A stretch of 64,000 nucleotides of DNA from a virus. Taxonomy: Duplodnaviria > Caudoviricetes. Position numbers and translations under genes: made by a program. How positions within the stretch are numbered: position 1 is the first letter of the stretch; each line of letters opens with the position of its first letter. Below are positions 40,503-49,778 of the stretch, piece after piece. The notes below the pieces were generated by a model. The model did not search any database, had not been told where the DNA came from, and worked only from the letters and a program-made list of their open reading frames with translations. The DNA lies in IMG/VR virus record IMGVR_UViG_2876643526_000002, positions 16,420 through 80,419 of that record; one strand, 5' to 3'.

Positions 40503-40871
40503 CTACTTCTTTTTATCGAATTTATTACCAACAATTGACCATTCAGAACAGTGAGCAATAGCTGTAAAAGAAAAATTAATATTCCCAGTAACATCTGAAC
40601 ATTTAAAACCACATAAAGAATCATCCCATTTTACTGTGGCTACCCTTTCAAAGTGTGGGCTACTTATAATATCACCTTCCCAAATCTCATTTCCTTCACA
40701 ATCTTTCAACCCTGTGAACATACAGACTGTAGAAGGGTCAACGTCAGTTATACCATCTTTTATATGGTCTCCTCCTATACATACCCTATTCCCAAGACGT
40801 ACTAAATCGCCCTCAAACCATTTTCCTGAGTTGAGCTGCTTAGCCTTGAATTTTATGTTTTTTATTTTCAT
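40503..40871 (-). CDS. YopX-family protein
   Basis: KFKAKQ...W.EGDL..VCMFTGLKD.EGNEIWEGDII..VGNKFD. Confidence 0.8.
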   Translation of the reverse strand: MKIKNIKFKAKQLNSGKWFEGDLVRLGNRVCIGGDHIKDGITDVDPSTVCMFTGLKDCEGNEIWEGDIISSPHFERVATVKWDDSLCGFKCSDVTGNINFSFTAIAHCSEWSIVGNKFDKKK

Positions 40872-40874
40872 AAG

Positions 40875-41342
40875 CTATTCATATAAAATTGTTATTTTTT
40901 TACTTTTATCTACCTTCAATATAGCTTCTTTTGCTTTATTAATCGAAGAAAACAAATAGTCTGGGCAAAGGTTATATGCGCCATAGTCCCAATAATGGAT
41001 AAGTCCAAATAACAATGAATGTCTTTTATCTACACGATAAGCAAGGATTGGATTATCCTCAGAATCGTAATGTATGCCTTTAACAGCCTTACTTTTGCGA
41101 TACATGTCTACTATTCTATAGGTTGCCATAACTATTTTTTTCTTTAAATGTATACACTCTATTAATGACCTCACCCCATCGCACACAGGACAATAGTGTT
41201 TACCATCAATCATCTTCCAGTTTGAGAAGTCTTCAATATCAGTACTTTTGTCGTGGAATAGTGCAGAGCAAGTATCTGTACCGCCAAATACTTCTCCGCA
41301 TCTATCGCAAACAATCTGATACATTGTAATCGGTCTATACAT
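40875..41342 (-). CDS. Zinc-finger protein, apparently fused to the next small gene
   Basis: CDRCG..HYCPVC N-terminus paralogous to 45229..45465. Confidence 0.55.
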   Translation of the reverse strand: MYRPITMYQIVCDRCGEVFGGTDTCSALFHDKSTDIEDFSNWKMIDGKHYCPVCDGVRSLIECIHLKKKIVMATYRIVDMYRKSKAVKGIHYDSEDNPILAYRVDKRHSLLFGLIHYWDYGAYNLCPDYLFSSINKAKEAILKVDKSKKITILYE

Positions 41343-41344
41343 AA

Positions 41345-41623
41345 CTATTCTTCATTACATAAAGTTTCTACAACCTTTGTTCTTGTGGTTTTTGTTGCAG
41401 GGTCATATTCGTCATGAAAAGCCTTTGCCACACCTTTTTTGTTGGTAAAATAAACAACTCTACCACCATCATAGAAACGATATACGGTTATACCATCCAC
41501 AACAAATAGTTTCTCTACTTTAATTTCATTAATAGAGTCTGATGTTGGAACATTAATTCCTTTGTTCTCTTTGCAAGAAACGAGCAGGAATATAACCGAT
41601 ACAAATAATATAATCTTCTTCAT
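41345..41623 (-). CDS. DUF4884-like lipoprotein
   Basis: LLVSC lipobox; VEKLFVVDGITVYRFYDGGRVVYFT. Confidence 0.7.
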   Translation of the reverse strand: MKKIILFVSVIFLLVSCKENKGINVPTSDSINEIKVEKLFVVDGITVYRFYDGGRVVYFTNKKGVAKAFHDEYDPATKTTRTKVVETLCNEE

Positions 41624-41626
41624 ACG

Positions 41627-41728
41627 CTAATCCTTTTTCCAATATTTACAAATTAAATAACCGATAACTCCACCCATAAAAGCTATATATAGAATAGCTA
41701 GGATAAGTATAACATAAAATCCAAACAT
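41627..41728 (-). CDS. 33-aa single-TM protein (not in ORF track)
   Basis: MFGFYVILILAILYIAFMGGVIGYLICKYWKKD*. Confidence 0.55.
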   Translation of the reverse strand: MFGFYVILILAILYIAFMGGVIGYLICKYWKKD

Positions 41729-41731
41729 AAG

Positions 41732-41938
41732 CTATTCTTCTTTAAGTTCTACTGGCTCATCGTCAAAAGTTAATTCTCTTCCGATGAGCTTTTTGATATT
41801 TCCATGAGGTATAAGAACACAACCACCAATACCAGAATATGTAGGATTCCAATATCCATATTCTCCATATCCACTTCTGTATGGTTTCTTTTCAAAAAGA
41901 AATTCCTTACCATTTGTATTAGTTGCTACCTATGCCAT
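41732..41938 (-). pseudogene. Small phage gene with amber stop at codon 3
   Basis: MA*VATNTNGKEFLFEKKPYRSG..KKLIGRELTFDDEPVELKEE*. Confidence 0.65.
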
Positions 41939-41940
41939 AA

Positions 41941-42132
41941 CTAACCCTCCTTCTCTATAAAATCACGTCCAACACGTTCTAACAACTCCAAAAAGATTCT
42001 GTGCTCATTGTAGATAAGAAGGAAAGATGGTCTATCTTTACATTTTTCTATCTCACGTTTACAATGAGAAATGAGATAATTATATGCACTTTCTGATAGC
42101 CCCTTAATAGGTTTCACTTTCTTCATATTCAA
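41941..42132 (-). CDS. Hypothetical protein
   Basis: ORF in cassette array. Confidence 0.6.
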   Translation of the reverse strand: MNMKKVKPIKGLSESAYNYLISHCKREIEKCKDRPSFLLIYNEHRIFLELLERVGRDFIEKEG

Positions 42133-42554
42133 CCCTCCTTAATTTTTACACCAAATGGTTGACCATCAGCAAAGGTTGCAATACGGAAGGTTTCTTCAAG
42201 TCCTCGAACTGTGCAATTACCTATTCTGATATAAGCCTCATGGCAACCTAGCTCTGGTGCAAGCATTATGATATTGTGATATAAATTATCGTCTGTAACA
42301 TGTATCCACCCAAACGGCTGATGCTTCAACATTTCCTGCCAGCACTCTTCTGCGTTGGCAAAAGGGCGGTAGGTAGGCTCTGGCTTAATTCGGTACTCGA
42401 CATTGTTCCAATATTCAATCTCCTTCATTTCCGTCCAATCATTCGGAACATCTGTACCTTTTACGGCACTTGGTTTTGTTCTACACTCAATCACCCTTCC
42501 TTCTGCAAAAGCTTGCAAGATAGGATAAAATTCTTTAGCTTGATTTCTGTTCAT
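42129..42554 (-). CDS. Hypothetical phage protein
   Basis: EYRIKPEPTYRPFANAEECWQEM motif. Confidence 0.75.
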   Translation of the reverse strand: MNRNQAKEFYPILQAFAEGRVIECRTKPSAVKGTDVPNDWTEMKEIEYWNNVEYRIKPEPTYRPFANAEECWQEMLKHQPFGWIHVTDDNLYHNIIMLAPELGCHEAYIRIGNCTVRGLEETFRIATFADGQPFGVKIKEG

Positions 42555-42591
42555 TGTTTTACCTTCTACTTGTTAAATTAGAGGATGATAA

Positions 42592-42843
42592 TTAGTAATT
42601 TGTAATATGCTTTGCATCCATTATTTTTCGCATAAGGATGTCTATTTCTTTATCTGATGCTATATGGTCTATTGGATAGCGCATAAAGTTTCCCCAATCA
42701 CTTTGCTTTTGAATATCGCCGTTGGAATCCATACCAATCAAACATCCATATCCATCACCATTTATATAGCCATCATGGATAAATATACTTCCATTACTTG
42801 TTACAAGAAATTCTCCTCTTTTAAATTCACTCCTTTTTAACAT
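42592..42843 (-). CDS. Hypothetical protein
   Basis: ORF in cassette array. Confidence 0.65.
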   Translation of the reverse strand: MLKRSEFKRGEFLVTSNGSIFIHDGYINGDGYGCLIGMDSNGDIQKQSDWGNFMRYPIDHIASDKEIDILMRKIMDAKHITNY

Positions 42844-42897
42844 ATTCTCTTCTTTTTTACCCTCTCCCTGTTGCCAAGGAGAGGGCGGTTAGTCACT

Positions 42898-43161
42898 CTA
42901 TCTCCAAGCGTAAATTGCTGTATAATTACCTTTGCACCCAATATCAAATCTATGGGAATAATAATACTTAACAGCAGCGCAATCAAATCCCCAATTGTGC
43001 TTTGCAATTAATGTGTAAACTTCATCATATCTTGTAGCGCGCCCCTTTTCGTCGAATAATGCCAAATAGAGAGGGTCATTATCCTCACATCTATATGGGT
43101 CAAACGGCTTAATGAAGTTACCATCTTTATCAAAGCAGTCTTTAATTTTCATTTTCTTCAT
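42898..43161 (-). CDS. Hypothetical protein
   Basis: ORF flanked by repeated hairpin leaders. Confidence 0.65.
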   Translation of the reverse strand: MKKMKIKDCFDKDGNFIKPFDPYRCEDNDPLYLALFDEKGRATRYDEVYTLIAKHNWGFDCAAVKYYYSHRFDIGCKGNYTAIYAWR

Positions 43162-43195
43162 ATTACTATCTATTTATATCCTTGCGGATAGTTAG

Positions 43196-43525
43196 TTACT
43201 CTACTACTTTTTCAAGGGAAAAATAATCAATTCCCCAAGCTTGGTTTGCGTCTTTGTAAGGTTCTCCGTTTTTCTTTATTTTTCGGATAAAAAAATGAAC
43301 CTTGATTTCATTCTTGCCAAGAGACATGGCACTTTTTAGACATTCTATGATAAAGATATTGCCATTTTTGTCTTTCACCTTGTCACCTTCCTGAAAAGGT
43401 AACAAACTTAGAAAGTCGTTCATTATCTTATTCTTCTTTTTGCGAATCTCTGTTATTTGTGAATCCGCAATCTTTAAACAACCTTCTACATTCTGTAATT
43501 CGTTGTATAATTCTATTTCTGTCAT
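43196..43525 (-). CDS. Hypothetical protein
   Basis: ORF flanked by repeated hairpin leaders. Confidence 0.65.
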   Translation of the reverse strand: MTEIELYNELQNVEGCLKIADSQITEIRKKKNKIMNDFLSLLPFQEGDKVKDKNGNIFIIECLKSAMSLGKNEIKVHFFIRKIKKNGEPYKDANQAWGIDYFSLEKVVE

Positions 43526-43556
43526 ATTCTATCTATTTATGCCCGAAGGCGGTTAG

Positions 43557-43778
43557 TTACTTTAAATAATTATTTTTAATTTTATCTGGTAATTCAAATT
43601 GAATTTGAAATGTTCTACGTATAGGATAGCCTTGATTTACATACGTCTTCCCAAGATAAGCAGTAGTTGCAATACTTGCATATCCTAAATTACCATTGCT
43701 CTCATAACAAGTTACATCACAATTATCATATACTGTGTCTATATCTGCTATGATTTTTCTGAGTTCTCCTAATTTCAT
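43557..43778 (-). CDS. Hypothetical protein
   Basis: MKLGELRKII-type ORF. Confidence 0.6.
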   Translation of the reverse strand: MKLGELRKIIADIDTVYDNCDVTCYESNGNLGYASIATTAYLGKTYVNQGYPIRRTFQIQFELPDKIKNNYLK

Positions 43779-43790
43779 ATCTCTATACTT

Positions 43791-43907
43791 TTAAGTTAAC
43801 AACTTCTTCTTATAATTATTATATATATCACATGGAAGAGTACAATAACAATATCTCGAATCTGATTCTTGACACTCTTTATATTTATTAAAAGGACACT
43901 TTGCCAT
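43791..43907 (-). CDS. 38-aa Cys-rich protein (not in ORF track)
   Basis: MAKCPFNKYKECQESDSRYCYCTLPCDIYNNYKKKLLT*. Confidence 0.5.
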   Translation of the reverse strand: MAKCPFNKYKECQESDSRYCYCTLPCDIYNNYKKKLLT

Positions 43908-43909
43908 AC

Positions 43910-44317
43910 CTACACCTCCATTTCGTGATTAATACCAAGACCGAAGAGAAGATGCTGGAGTTCGTGAACATAAAAGCAACCACAGATAACTTTATTCTTG
44001 TGAGTTATCTGAAAATATCTGTGTTTTAGCATATCATGCACATCCTTAAACATTTCAATAAAGAAACCAATGAGTTCTACCTTACCCCCAGCATAAGGTT
44101 TATAAGTAAAAGAATATTGTCCACCATTTCGTTTCCATCCGTTCTTCTCTAAGATGGCTGGAGTGAGAGAAATACCTTCAATTACATTGACATTGATTTC
44201 TTGTAAAAATTCATCTTCATCATAGTAGGTTGCGTAGTAACCATCACTATTTTCTATAGTTACTATATTTCCATTATAAGAAACCAAATCACCAGGAATG
44301 TATTCTAACTTATCCAT
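43910..44317 (-). CDS. Hypothetical protein, paralog of next gene
   Basis: PGDLV..ILEKNGW..VHELQHLLFGL. Confidence 0.7.
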   Translation of the reverse strand: MDKLEYIPGDLVSYNGNIVTIENSDGYYATYYDEDEFLQEINVNVIEGISLTPAILEKNGWKRNGGQYSFTYKPYAGGKVELIGFFIEMFKDVHDMLKHRYFQITHKNKVICGCFYVHELQHLLFGLGINHEMEV

Positions 44318-44321
44318 ACGC

Positions 44322-44744
44322 TTATATTTTTAAATTGCTATCTAATTGCAAGCCAAAAAGAATATGTTGGAGTTCATCTACACATTTTATCATAACAGTA
44401 TCGTCTTTTCCGTCATTGAAAGATACTTCGATAATTCCCAAGAAATTATTATATCGCAAAGTGAAAGGGTATTCTTGGTGTTTATACCACCTATGCCCAA
44501 AACATTCTCCTTCAGAGCGATAACATGTCCATCCATTCTTTTTAAGAAACTCTTCCCAAATATGAACGTGCATAATATCATTTTGACAAATTTTTCCCAA
44601 GCTTTGCCCATCAATAACTTTCAAGTCGTAAGAATAATCTATATTGAACGGATAGATGCTACAGACAATACAAATAAATCCGTGACTATAAACTATATCA
44701 CCCACCATATAACGAGGTGGTTTCCTAAATTCTTTATGTGCCAT
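44322..44744 (-). CDS. Hypothetical protein, paralog of previous gene
   Basis: VGDIV..FLKKNGW..VDELQHILFGL; start placed at MAHKEF. Confidence 0.7.
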   Translation of the reverse strand: MAHKEFRKPPRYMVGDIVYSHGFICIVCSIYPFNIDYSYDLKVIDGQSLGKICQNDIMHVHIWEEFLKKNGWTCYRSEGECFGHRWYKHQEYPFTLRYNNFLGIIEVSFNDGKDDTVMIKCVDELQHILFGLQLDSNLKI

Positions 44745-44757
44745 ACGCTTTACTTTT

Positions 44758-44919
44758 CTAAAGATGAATATATCCATTTACTTCACACAGAACCTTTTCT
44801 AGCAGGTTCTTTAGAATCTTCAATTCATCATTCGAATATGTAGCTATAGGATAACCATCAAGGGTAGTATCGCCAAAGTAGCTACGACTTATATTTAATG
44901 AGTGTTTATTCTTTTTCAT
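44758..44919 (-). CDS. 53-aa hypothetical protein (not in ORF track)
   Basis: MKKNKHSLNISRSYFGDTTLDGYPIATYS.. Confidence 0.5.
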   Translation of the reverse strand: MKKNKHSLNISRSYFGDTTLDGYPIATYSNDELKILKNLLEKVLCEVNGYIHL

Positions 44920-45242
44920 TTTTCTTTGCCTTTTACAATATTGTACACTTGTTTTAACTCATCTGTTGATAAGCGTTTGAAATCAAAAGAACAGATAGCG
45001 TAGATGAGAGTCTCACGAAGATTCTCTTCTTTAATATCTGATATTTCCTTTTCTGTAGGAACAGATATACTTTTCCTATTCCAGCTATCGCCACCATATT
45101 GCCAGCCAGAATCTCTCCTAAATCTAGCGTTATTAGCAATAATTTGAGTTTTTGTCACTTTATCAACCTTGGCGATACGTCTATAATACCTACTTATAAC
45201 TAGAACATCATCACCAACCACCAAATCTTTAAGCTCTTTCAT
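44916..45242 (-). CDS. Hypothetical protein (SH3/KOW-like)
   Basis: MKELKDLVVGDDVLV..VDKVTKTQI. Confidence 0.7.
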   Translation of the reverse strand: MKELKDLVVGDDVLVISRYYRRIAKVDKVTKTQIIANNARFRRDSGWQYGGDSWNRKSISVPTEKEISDIKEENLRETLIYAICSFDFKRLSTDELKQVYNIVKGKEK

Positions 45243-45465
45243 TGCTTCCTCCTTTCTTTTTAGGAACGTACTCATCTAACTCATCGTCAAACTCATAGCA
45301 GTCTGGGCAGTAGTGCTTATCGCCTATCTCTGCCCATTCGCTTTCCATTGCTTGCTCTTTTGCAGTTCCTTCGTCCAACCAAGCCCCGATGCCATTAAAC
45401 TCATCAATGAAGGTCTTTCCACATCTGTCACAAACGACAGAGTACATAGTAACTGTCTTAATCAT
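45229..45465 (-). CDS. Zinc-finger protein
   Basis: CDRCG..HYCPDC. Confidence 0.7.
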   Translation of the reverse strand: MIKTVTMYSVVCDRCGKTFIDEFNGIGAWLDEGTAKEQAMESEWAEIGDKHYCPDCYEFDDELDEYVPKKKGGSNERA

Positions 45466-45826
45466 GGTTGCCTCCTTTCGTAATTAAGTCAAACAACTCA
45501 TCTACGAATATCCAATCAGACAATTGGAACATATAGACTTGCTCTTCCCACATTTCTTGATATGTATTGCAAGTAGTCTTATCGAGCATAGCGTTCATGT
45601 TGTAGAGCTTTCTATTACAGAATATTCTTGAGAACGCAAGAACCTCTCCGTTGTCGTTACGTGGAACTTCGCTAGCAGGGTGAAACAATCCCTTTAAAGC
45701 TCGATTATATCCACGTCTAAAACCATACTCGAAGAAGCATCTATCATTATCCGATAATCTATCGTAGTATTCTTTATCGTCAAGTCGTGCAGCAACTTCT
45801 ATATCCTTATCGTCTATCATAATCAT
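45458..45826 (-). CDS. Hypothetical protein
   Basis: FEYGFRRGY..FHPASEVP. Confidence 0.65.
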   Translation of the reverse strand: MIMIDDKDIEVAARLDDKEYYDRLSDNDRCFFEYGFRRGYNRALKGLFHPASEVPRNDNGEVLAFSRIFCNRKLYNMNAMLDKTTCNTYQEMWEEQVYMFQLSDWIFVDELFDLITKGGNHD

Positions 45827-46008
45827 CTTCCTTTCTTGCTATTTTTATCCAATACCTCTTTAATCTCGAAATATTGAGCCTTTACAAAATTTTTCATCTC
45901 TAACTTGGTTATTCTACCAATAACTGAAATAGCCCCATCCCTTACAGATACTGAGAAATAATCAGTATTGATAAAACTAATGTTAACATCTATGCTTTCA
46001 TCATTCAT
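45823..46008 (-). CDS. Hypothetical protein
   Basis: ATGA overlaps. Confidence 0.55.
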   Translation of the reverse strand: MNDESIDVNISFINTDYFSVSVRDGAISVIGRITKLEMKNFVKAQYFEIKEVLDKNSKKGR

Positions 46009-46223
46009 AATCTACCCTTTCTTTTTCTAAGTTCCAACATCCTCCTAGTTCTGCGGTTTTCCTTACCACTAGGAGGGTTGCCACCAAGCTTTACTTCTGG
46101 GATTTCATAATTCATATAGATGGAAGCTTCTTCATTGAGCGCCTTAACTACTTCTTTAATCAAGACTTCTTTAAGTGATACACCAGTTGGTGTTACAATT
46201 ATCTTTACATCGTCTCTAATCAT
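46005..46223 (-). CDS. Hypothetical protein
   Basis: ORF in array. Confidence 0.6.
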   Translation of the reverse strand: MIRDDVKIIVTPTGVSLKEVLIKEVVKALNEEASIYMNYEIPEVKLGGNPPSGKENRRTRRMLELRKRKGRL

Positions 46224-46225
46224 AT

Positions 46226-47203
46226 CTATCCCTCCACGTCTTTAGTTGTACCTAACAATGATTCGTTGCCTTCGTAAGGGATGCAGAACTCCCATCTACC
46301 ATTAACACATACATAGTCAAGATATTCATCTGTCTTATCTGTATGGCTAAATATATTTGCACGCCATTCCTCTGTTTTTTGATGTCTAACCAACACATTA
46401 TCGAATGGTTTCAGCTCATCAAACTTTGGCTTCAAATCCACAATCTGTTTCTTCTCTGCATTCCAAGTCTTGCCTTTCTTTGCGAGAGCATCAAAGAGTT
46501 GCTGCTTCTCAGAGTCAGTTGCTGGGCGGAGACTATAATGAACTCTTGTATAACCATATTCAGCTGTAGTAAATTTATCGTCAGCATTATAGAAAGCATA
46601 GTAAAAAGCTCTTTCGTCTCCATCTTTATATTCACTTCTTAAGATGAAAATACAATTTGCAAAATATCCATCTTTAATTCCTTTCATAAACACAATATCC
46701 CCATCCTTGAACTCTGGCTGAGTCTTCTCAATCTCCAAGGTTTCACGATTAAGTTTGCCACCTAATTTTTCCTCAATACATTTGATAAAAGATTTCGCCT
46801 CCTTTTCTGATACTAAAGTATGTAAATTGGTATCAAGAAAACCATCTTCTACCAAATTAATTGTCTTTGCATAGAAACTAGTATAGTTGTCATTTGCCCA
46901 TCTATCGAAGAGTATCTTTAAACCTCTGCTATTTACCAACACATCACCCCTCTTCCAAGCAAACTTCTCCCAGTCACGCATTTCCTTTGAAGGCACTAAT
47001 ATAGGTTCTCCATATATGTTGTATTTCCCATCATTGTAAAACAACAATTCATCTCCATCTTTAGATGAAAGAGTAATACCAAGTTCATCTTTATCTTCTG
47101 CATATATATCTTCTATACTAAGTTCTCCAAAGGCATCAGCATAAAGCTTAGTACCCTTTGGCTTATTCTTTAGTATCTCCGCTATGTTAATATTTTCTTC
47201 CAT
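46226..47203 (-). CDS. Multi-domain hypothetical phage protein
   Basis: INIAEILKNKPKGTKLY..RPATDSEKQQLFDAL..LKPFDNVLVR..CIPYEGNE. Confidence 0.8.
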   Translation of the reverse strand: MEENINIAEILKNKPKGTKLYADAFGELSIEDIYAEDKDELGITLSSKDGDELLFYNDGKYNIYGEPILVPSKEMRDWEKFAWKRGDVLVNSRGLKILFDRWANDNYTSFYAKTINLVEDGFLDTNLHTLVSEKEAKSFIKCIEEKLGGKLNRETLEIEKTQPEFKDGDIVFMKGIKDGYFANCIFILRSEYKDGDERAFYYAFYNADDKFTTAEYGYTRVHYSLRPATDSEKQQLFDALAKKGKTWNAEKKQIVDLKPKFDELKPFDNVLVRHQKTEEWRANIFSHTDKTDEYLDYVCVNGRWEFCIPYEGNESLLGTTKDVEG

Positions 47204-47204
47204 A

Positions 47205-47390
47205 TTACTTTACTCTTATGAATTGAACATTCTTTCCGTCTTTTCTTGTACTTGCGCTGCAATTAAAATCACCGCAAACATTCTCATAGATATTGTTACA
47301 TATCTCATCGAAAAAACAACCATTACATTGTTCTTTCTCTGTCTTAACCACCTTCAAGACGATTTCTGACCCAATAGGTAAATCTTCCAT
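47205..47390 (-). CDS. Small Cys-rich protein
   Basis: CNGCFF..C..C..RKDGKNVQF. Confidence 0.65.
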   Translation of the reverse strand: MEDLPIGSEIVLKVVKTEKEQCNGCFFDEICNNIYENVCGDFNCSASTRKDGKNVQFIRVK

Positions 47391-47392
47391 AA

Positions 47393-47800
47393 TTACACCT
47401 CCTCGTTGTATTTATAAACAAGCCCGACAACCAGCTTTACAAGCTCATTGTTCGTCATAACTCTAGTGTCTGTATTACCAAGTCTCAGCTCATCAATGAT
47501 ACGTTCTGCAACCTTCTTGATGTGTCCCATCTTTGACAGAGGGAAACGCTTAATGTCGGCAGCCTTGTCAAGGTGGAAACTCTCACGAAGGTAATCTGCA
47601 CGAATAATGTTAACTGTTGAAGACTGTCGAGTAACTACCCATACACCCTCTTCTATAGAGTCGTACAAGAGCATATTCGTAGGTTCATACTTTCCGTTTA
47701 TCTTTCGATAGAACGTCTTCGATATATCGAGGTCAGGAATCTTGTATTCCTGATAGCGACCTTTACTGTTCTTTGTGTACAGCGTTGGAATCTTTTTCAT
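47393..47800 (-). CDS. Hypothetical protein
   Basis: ORF in array. Confidence 0.7.
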   Translation of the reverse strand: MKKIPTLYTKNSKGRYQEYKIPDLDISKTFYRKINGKYEPTNMLLYDSIEEGVWVVTRQSSTVNIIRADYLRESFHLDKAADIKRFPLSKMGHIKKVAERIIDELRLGNTDTRVMTNNELVKLVVGLVYKYNEEV

Positions 47801-48648
47801 TTTTGCTTCTTCTTTAAGTTGTTAGTTTCAATCTCGTTGAGCGTTTTCTCAATCTCATCGCCACCAGAAAGCATACTGGCTTTAGTTTCCTCGTCCAATG
47901 TATCGAACGCAGACTTGGCGGCATTCTTCTGCATCTTTTGGTCGATGAAGATACGCTCGATATTGGCGAACATCTCAGTTACCTCTTTCTTTTCGTTGAA
48001 CTTCAAGACGAACTCCTCGGAGAGACCTCTTGACACCATAAACTTCTTTGCTTTCTCGGAAGCGAGTTCTGGGCAGAGATAATGAAACAGTTCTGTGAAG
48101 TCGAAGTCGTAGTCAGTCTTCGCACCCCTCATTATGGTGTTGTAGTTCACGAATCCCTCACAGAGCATCTGGAAGCAGATGTAGGACAATGCAGGTATGC
48201 TGACGTTCTTGTGCCCAAGATTAGCGAGCTTGACCTCTATAAATTTCAGAAACTTCTCCATATCTGGAGATACGGCATCAATGTAAGACAGAGAAAGCTC
48301 GTTGAAGTAGTCGGCGTTACAGAAGTCGAACTCGAACCAGTTGATGATTTTCCTCACTATCGACTTGATTTCCTCAAGATTTCTCTTAGCCTCGAAGCGA
48401 TAGAGGTTCTTATGCTCCATCACTCCCTGAAGCTTGGCTAAGTACCAATCGGAGATGACGCAAGGGATATACACATACGTTGCGAGGAACGTCTTAACCT
48501 TGCGAAGGATTGCATTGACCTCTACTGTAGAGTATTTATACTTGCAAGGTATCTTGTACGTCTTGTACTGCGACTTATCATCGAAAGTGTACATCCTCGG
48601 AATAAGCCACTTGACACCTTCCATAGGGGTTGGTTTCCAAATCTCCAT
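47797..48648 (-). CDS. Hypothetical helical protein
   Basis: 283 aa ORF. Confidence 0.75.
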   Translation of the reverse strand: MEIWKPTPMEGVKWLIPRMYTFDDKSQYKTYKIPCKYKYSTVEVNAILRKVKTFLATYVYIPCVISDWYLAKLQGVMEHKNLYRFEAKRNLEEIKSIVRKIINWFEFDFCNADYFNELSLSYIDAVSPDMEKFLKFIEVKLANLGHKNVSIPALSYICFQMLCEGFVNYNTIMRGAKTDYDFDFTELFHYLCPELASEKAKKFMVSRGLSEEFVLKFNEKKEVTEMFANIERIFIDQKMQKNAAKSAFDTLDEETKASMLSGGDEIEKTLNEIETNNLKKKQK

Positions 48649-48651
48649 ATC

Positions 48652-48810
48652 CTACACCTCCCTCTCTACTGCCAATGCGCAACTGATACAGAATACCATC
48701 AGAAGCGAAAGGAAAATGTGTTCAACCATAAAACAGATGAAACCGTAACCTGCGATGAGTGCTGCTATTACAAGCAGAATCATTATTATTGTATGTTTGT
48801 ACTTTTTCAT
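48652..48810 (-). CDS. 52-aa membrane protein (not in ORF track)
   Basis: MKKYKHTIIMILLVIAALIAGYGFICFMVEHIFLSLLMVFCISCALAVEREV*. Confidence 0.55.
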   Translation of the reverse strand: MKKYKHTIIMILLVIAALIAGYGFICFMVEHIFLSLLMVFCISCALAVEREV

Positions 48811-48816
48811 ATATCA

Positions 48817-49386
48817 CTATTTAAGAAAGACTTTAAACATACCACCTATTGCATTATCAACACTAATGCCTTCAGTTAGAAAATCACTTTTGAGAATATC
48901 ATCAATAGAGTAACTCCAATCGCAACTACCTGTAAGACCACCCCAAGGGCAAAATGTCTTAAAACCAGATGATACATTATTGGCTGTATCGTAACTGTAC
49001 ACATATTTATTATAACGTATAGCAACACTTTTGTCGTGCTTAGATAAACCGTCCAATGGAATCCTATAAACGTAATATTTTAGAGACAACGTAATTCTAT
49101 CAGCGGTTGCATCAATGTAAAAGTCGCTACCACACTCGCCAAATTTTTCATTGGTAACATGTACGTTTCCATACATATCTGATATTACATCTATCTTTTT
49201 GGATGCCAATCTTTTCATTAAGCCTTCTGTAATACCTTTTTGTTTTTCAGCCTCAACAAACGATTTAAGAAGTTCTTGTTGTAACAGTCCGCATTCTGTA
49301 GTTGCTTGTGCAGACAAATTATTGATTACCATTCCGTCCATATTACTTTGATTTAATGTTTCCGTATGCAGCCATATAGCTATCAA
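48817..49386 (-). CDS. Hypothetical protein
   Basis: ORF; start uncertain. Confidence 0.6.
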   Translation of the reverse strand: MIAIWLHTETLNQSNMDGMVINNLSAQATTECGLLQQELLKSFVEAEKQKGITEGLMKRLASKKIDVISDMYGNVHVTNEKFGECGSDFYIDATADRITLSLKYYVYRIPLDGLSKHDKSVAIRYNKYVYSYDTANNVSSGFKTFCPWGGLTGSCDWSYSIDDILKSDFLTEGISVDNAIGGMFKVFLK

Positions 49387-49642
49387 GCTGCTGTGTTACG
49401 TGAACTAACTTCTGGTTGTAACTATCTCGTTCTGCTCTAGCCTTAGAGATAAAGATGAAGCTAACGACGAATGAGATTACTACAGTTATCACGATGAACA
49501 ACCAAGGCAGCTTGTGAACTGCCTTATTGATTGCTCTTCCTAGATTTCTCACAATAACCCAGGAGTAGATTCCTATGAACACGACCGCCTGCTTTGTGGT
49601 TGCGTTAGTAACTTCTGCGATTTTGCCTTTTCTTTCTGCCAT
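49343..49642 (-). CDS. Membrane protein
   Basis: MAERKGK start; TM LPWLFIVITVVISFVVSFIFI. Confidence 0.6.
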   Translation of the reverse strand: MAERKGKIAEVTNATTKQAVVFIGIYSWVIVRNLGRAINKAVHKLPWLFIVITVVISFVVSFIFISKARAERDSYNQKLVHVTQQLDSYMAAYGNIKSK

Positions 49643-49652
49643 AATTCTAAAT

Positions 49653-49775
49653 TTACTTGGTTCGGTTGCACCAGTTATCGGTAGATTTCCAATAACCAGC
49701 CATCCATATTTCTTTCTTTGTCGCATCAGGATGCTCGTTAAGCCAATCCTCTGCCTGCTTACTTACGTCTGCCAT
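49653..49775 (-). CDS. 40-aa protein (not in ORF track)
   Basis: MADVSKQAEDWLNEHPDATKKEIWMAGYWKSTDNWCNRTK*. Confidence 0.55.
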   Translation of the reverse strand: MADVSKQAEDWLNEHPDATKKEIWMAGYWKSTDNWCNRTK

Positions 49776-49778
49776 AAT

